A DNA stretch of 64,000 bases. Origin: Lingula anatina (taxonomy: Eukaryota > Animalia > Brachiopoda). A model generated the notes under the pieces. It was not told the DNA's origin and searched no databases. It saw nothing but the letters and a program-made list of their open reading frames with translations. The stretch is from positions 6,944,001 through 7,008,000 of the forward strand of contig CM120647.1 of NCBI GenBank assembly GCA_051362555.1, written 5' to 3'. Both the position numbers and the translations under genes were made by a program. This document shows positions 61,520 to 64,000 of the stretch, in pieces; within the stretch, counting starts at the first letter, position 1; each line of letters starts with the position of its first letter.

Positions 61520-63613
61520 GTAAGTACACATCATCAAGCTAAAATAAGACTCTAAATTGCATCGCAAGGGTTAATTCTAAAAAAAGGACGTGCGATCCCT
61601 TACAGTCAGTGTGAGGCGCTTGTACTATTTTACTAGCCTTCTTCATAAGATTGGATGAGAACAAAAAGCGGGAAAAGTGAACTATAAATATATTCTTGGT
61701 CATTTGTTCAGTTCAATCATTGTAGAAGGCGTATCATATCAACTTATATATTTAGAAGCAATAAAGGCAATGTTTATTTTAACGTGTTGTGTTACTGCCA
61801 CAACTATAGTGTCAAATTTTTATTACCTTGTGCATCAATTTCGTACATCTCGCCGCCTGCAATGTGGGGGAGGGGGGCGTGGCCAACAAAGAACTAGTTA
61901 TTTAATGCAAAACGCACACACAGAAAGATTTGATGACACCACGGTATAAATAGGTGACATTGAGTTACACAGTATAAAAAACGTCTGTGCAAATAATACG
62001 CCAAAAGGCACACACAAATCGATTTTCTCATAAAAGCCTTGGTTTAACTCAATGATCCAGTTTTTTAGGCTTACGTAATGCAACAAAGGGTGTTTACTTT
62101 TTAACTTTGCTTCCCTGCAATCCAGCGAAGTGTCCTACAAAACGTGGTCATGCGCAGATTCAATCACCTGGATGAGTTGAACCGTTAAACTGTGGTTATG
62201 TTGACAATGCTTTCAACTGACGCCCTCAAGCGATATACCTTGCTCGCCTTGTTAGGCCGAAGCATCATAAATCCCAGGCCACTAATGAAACAGGCTTGCA
62301 TTGCTGACTGCCCGATTTAATATGTACGTGTACAACTGAAGGCTGTATGTTTTGTCAAATAACATTTTATTGGATACAGTGTTTAAGGTTGGATGAACCC
62401 GCGTGACGTAACCACTTTCGCTTTGATACTGTAAAACGGTGTGAAAAAGACTGTACATCGATACCTATGACTCATAGTACAAAAACGCATGATGCTAACA
62501 ACGCAAATAAAATGTTTGGGAAATATGCCATTTTCATCTCCATGAGGAAATTGCATTCTGGGAAAACGGGTCCTTGTTATTATGTCGAAACACTAGTAAC
62601 AGCATTAGCAGACATGCCTGCGCTTACATATTTACGTGCTGTGCGTCCCACTGCTACCATAACAATAAGAAAGATCGATTCTTGAAACTTAAAGTTCCTA
62701 CTGGGTCATCAGAATGAAAAATGTGGGTAGACGACATCGGAAGAGTCGGGAAGAACCGAAGACCGATTTGCAACAGACAACAAAAAGCGTGCAGAAGAAA
62801 ACGATTTGTGGAAATAACGTAATAAAGATCCGAAGAAGGGCAGATGAAGATAAAAAGAAAGAAAACACTTTTTCTGGTTATGGGAAAAGAAAACGGATGT
62901 TGTTAAGCTTTACACAGGGTTTACAACTTATGGAAAATTTTAGAACTTTCATGACATCTTGTTTGTAATAATCATCTATGGAAATATGCCATTTTTCAGT
63001 CTTCAAAATATTGCAAAGCATGAAATATATGGGAAACGCTTTATTTGAATATTATTGTCTTTGATTGAAAATCACCAAAATTATACCTTACACTTTAAAA
63101 ACTCTTATAAATTGCCATATTTCTAAAAGTTTGTTTTGGTCTTCCGGATGTTGTTTCATTCTGACAGAATTTTTACACTTGTCATACCTAATATCTGACA
63201 TTTCTACCTGCCGTTAAGTCTGTGCGTGTACTTGTGTATGACATGGTAAACAGTGTATTTAGAAATTCATTTTCGTTACACCTGGTATATTTGCTTGAAA
63301 TTCGACCTGTGTGTTTTTATACCTCAATACTAAACTCAAAATGCGTTGAATTGTATTTCTATGAAAATATTTTCTTTGTTAAACAGCAACGCTCGTGAAG
63401 GTTAATTCGGGCTATTCAGTACAAAAGACGTCTTTGTAAGTAATATGCCAACACGCACACAGAAATAGATTTGCTAAAATGACCTAGATGAAACGCAATA
63501 ACCCTTCATGCGTAATCCAACAAAATAAGTTCCCTGCTTAAAACATTTGTTCCCATGCAACCCTGCCTTACGTCCTCCAAAAACACTGTAGATGCAATCG
63601 TCTTAGGTCAAAA

Positions 63614-63698
63614 TTACCTGGCTAGGGGTGCAGGTTGCACAGGATTTCCCTTATCTTATTGGTCATTTTATGGTGTCCCTAACACGACCAAGAGCAAA
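63614..63698 (+). pseudogene. Degenerate SRCR signal-peptide exon
   Basis: TTACCTGGCT leader, reads CRLHRISLILLVILWCP*HDQEQ + GTGAGT; no ATG and an in-frame TAA. Confidence 0.6.
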
Positions 63699-64000
63699 GT
63701 GAGTAAAATTCCTCTTAATTTTAATCAACATCAAAAGTGCTTCAAACCTCATTTCTCCTCTAATGAAGCCAATTCACAAAACCCTATTCATACTGGCCTA
63801 TTCATACACACGAACACATTTGTTCATAAAAGGCTTTTATAAAATTCAATAAGGGCTTTTCATGTGCAATGCAGCAAAATGTGTTCCCTTTTTTTAAATG
63901 TGTTAACATGCTAGACTTCTTCCAAACATTGATTCGTGTAGGTGTAATCGCCTTAGCTTGTTCAATATTACCTGGCTGGGGGGAAAATGTGGGGGTCGAA

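Noticed and set aside
63965-64000. Possible U1 snRNA (TTACCTGG...GGGG)
   Set aside because: Only the first ~8 nt match; the same motif is the leader of the SRCR first exons.

Overview
AT-rich, intron-rich animal genomic DNA, probably from a marine invertebrate (the SRCR expansion suggests a deuterostome, but the species cannot be determined). Host genes: an intact 3-exon GT92 glycosyltransferase (minus, 1892-4985), a truncated plexin-like first exon (10163-10360), and a cluster of group-A SRCR scavenger-receptor paralogs. Gene A (minus, 17009-10750) appears 3'-truncated. Gene B (plus, 21873-52288) encodes signal peptide, 4 SRCR domains, Thr linker, Ly6/uPAR domain and GPI signal. Several extra copies of the signal-peptide first exon lie at 55.9-64 kb. 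The main feature is an 11,725-bp Maverick/Polinton-derived element (21892-33616) with AGTAGT termini, ~1.5-kb TIRs and a perfect 6-bp TSD (ACATCC), inserted in the signal-peptide exon of gene B. It keeps an intact 1446-aa protein-primed PolB (C2H2 fingers, OTU-like domain, exonuclease, Vsr-like insert) and a BIR/IAP ORF. It has only a decayed integrase relic and no recognisable capsid, ATPase or protease genes. Its right TIR supplies an in-frame ATG that could rebuild the host signal peptide. Many non-autonomous DNA transposons fill the introns. All coordinates and splice models were read by eye.
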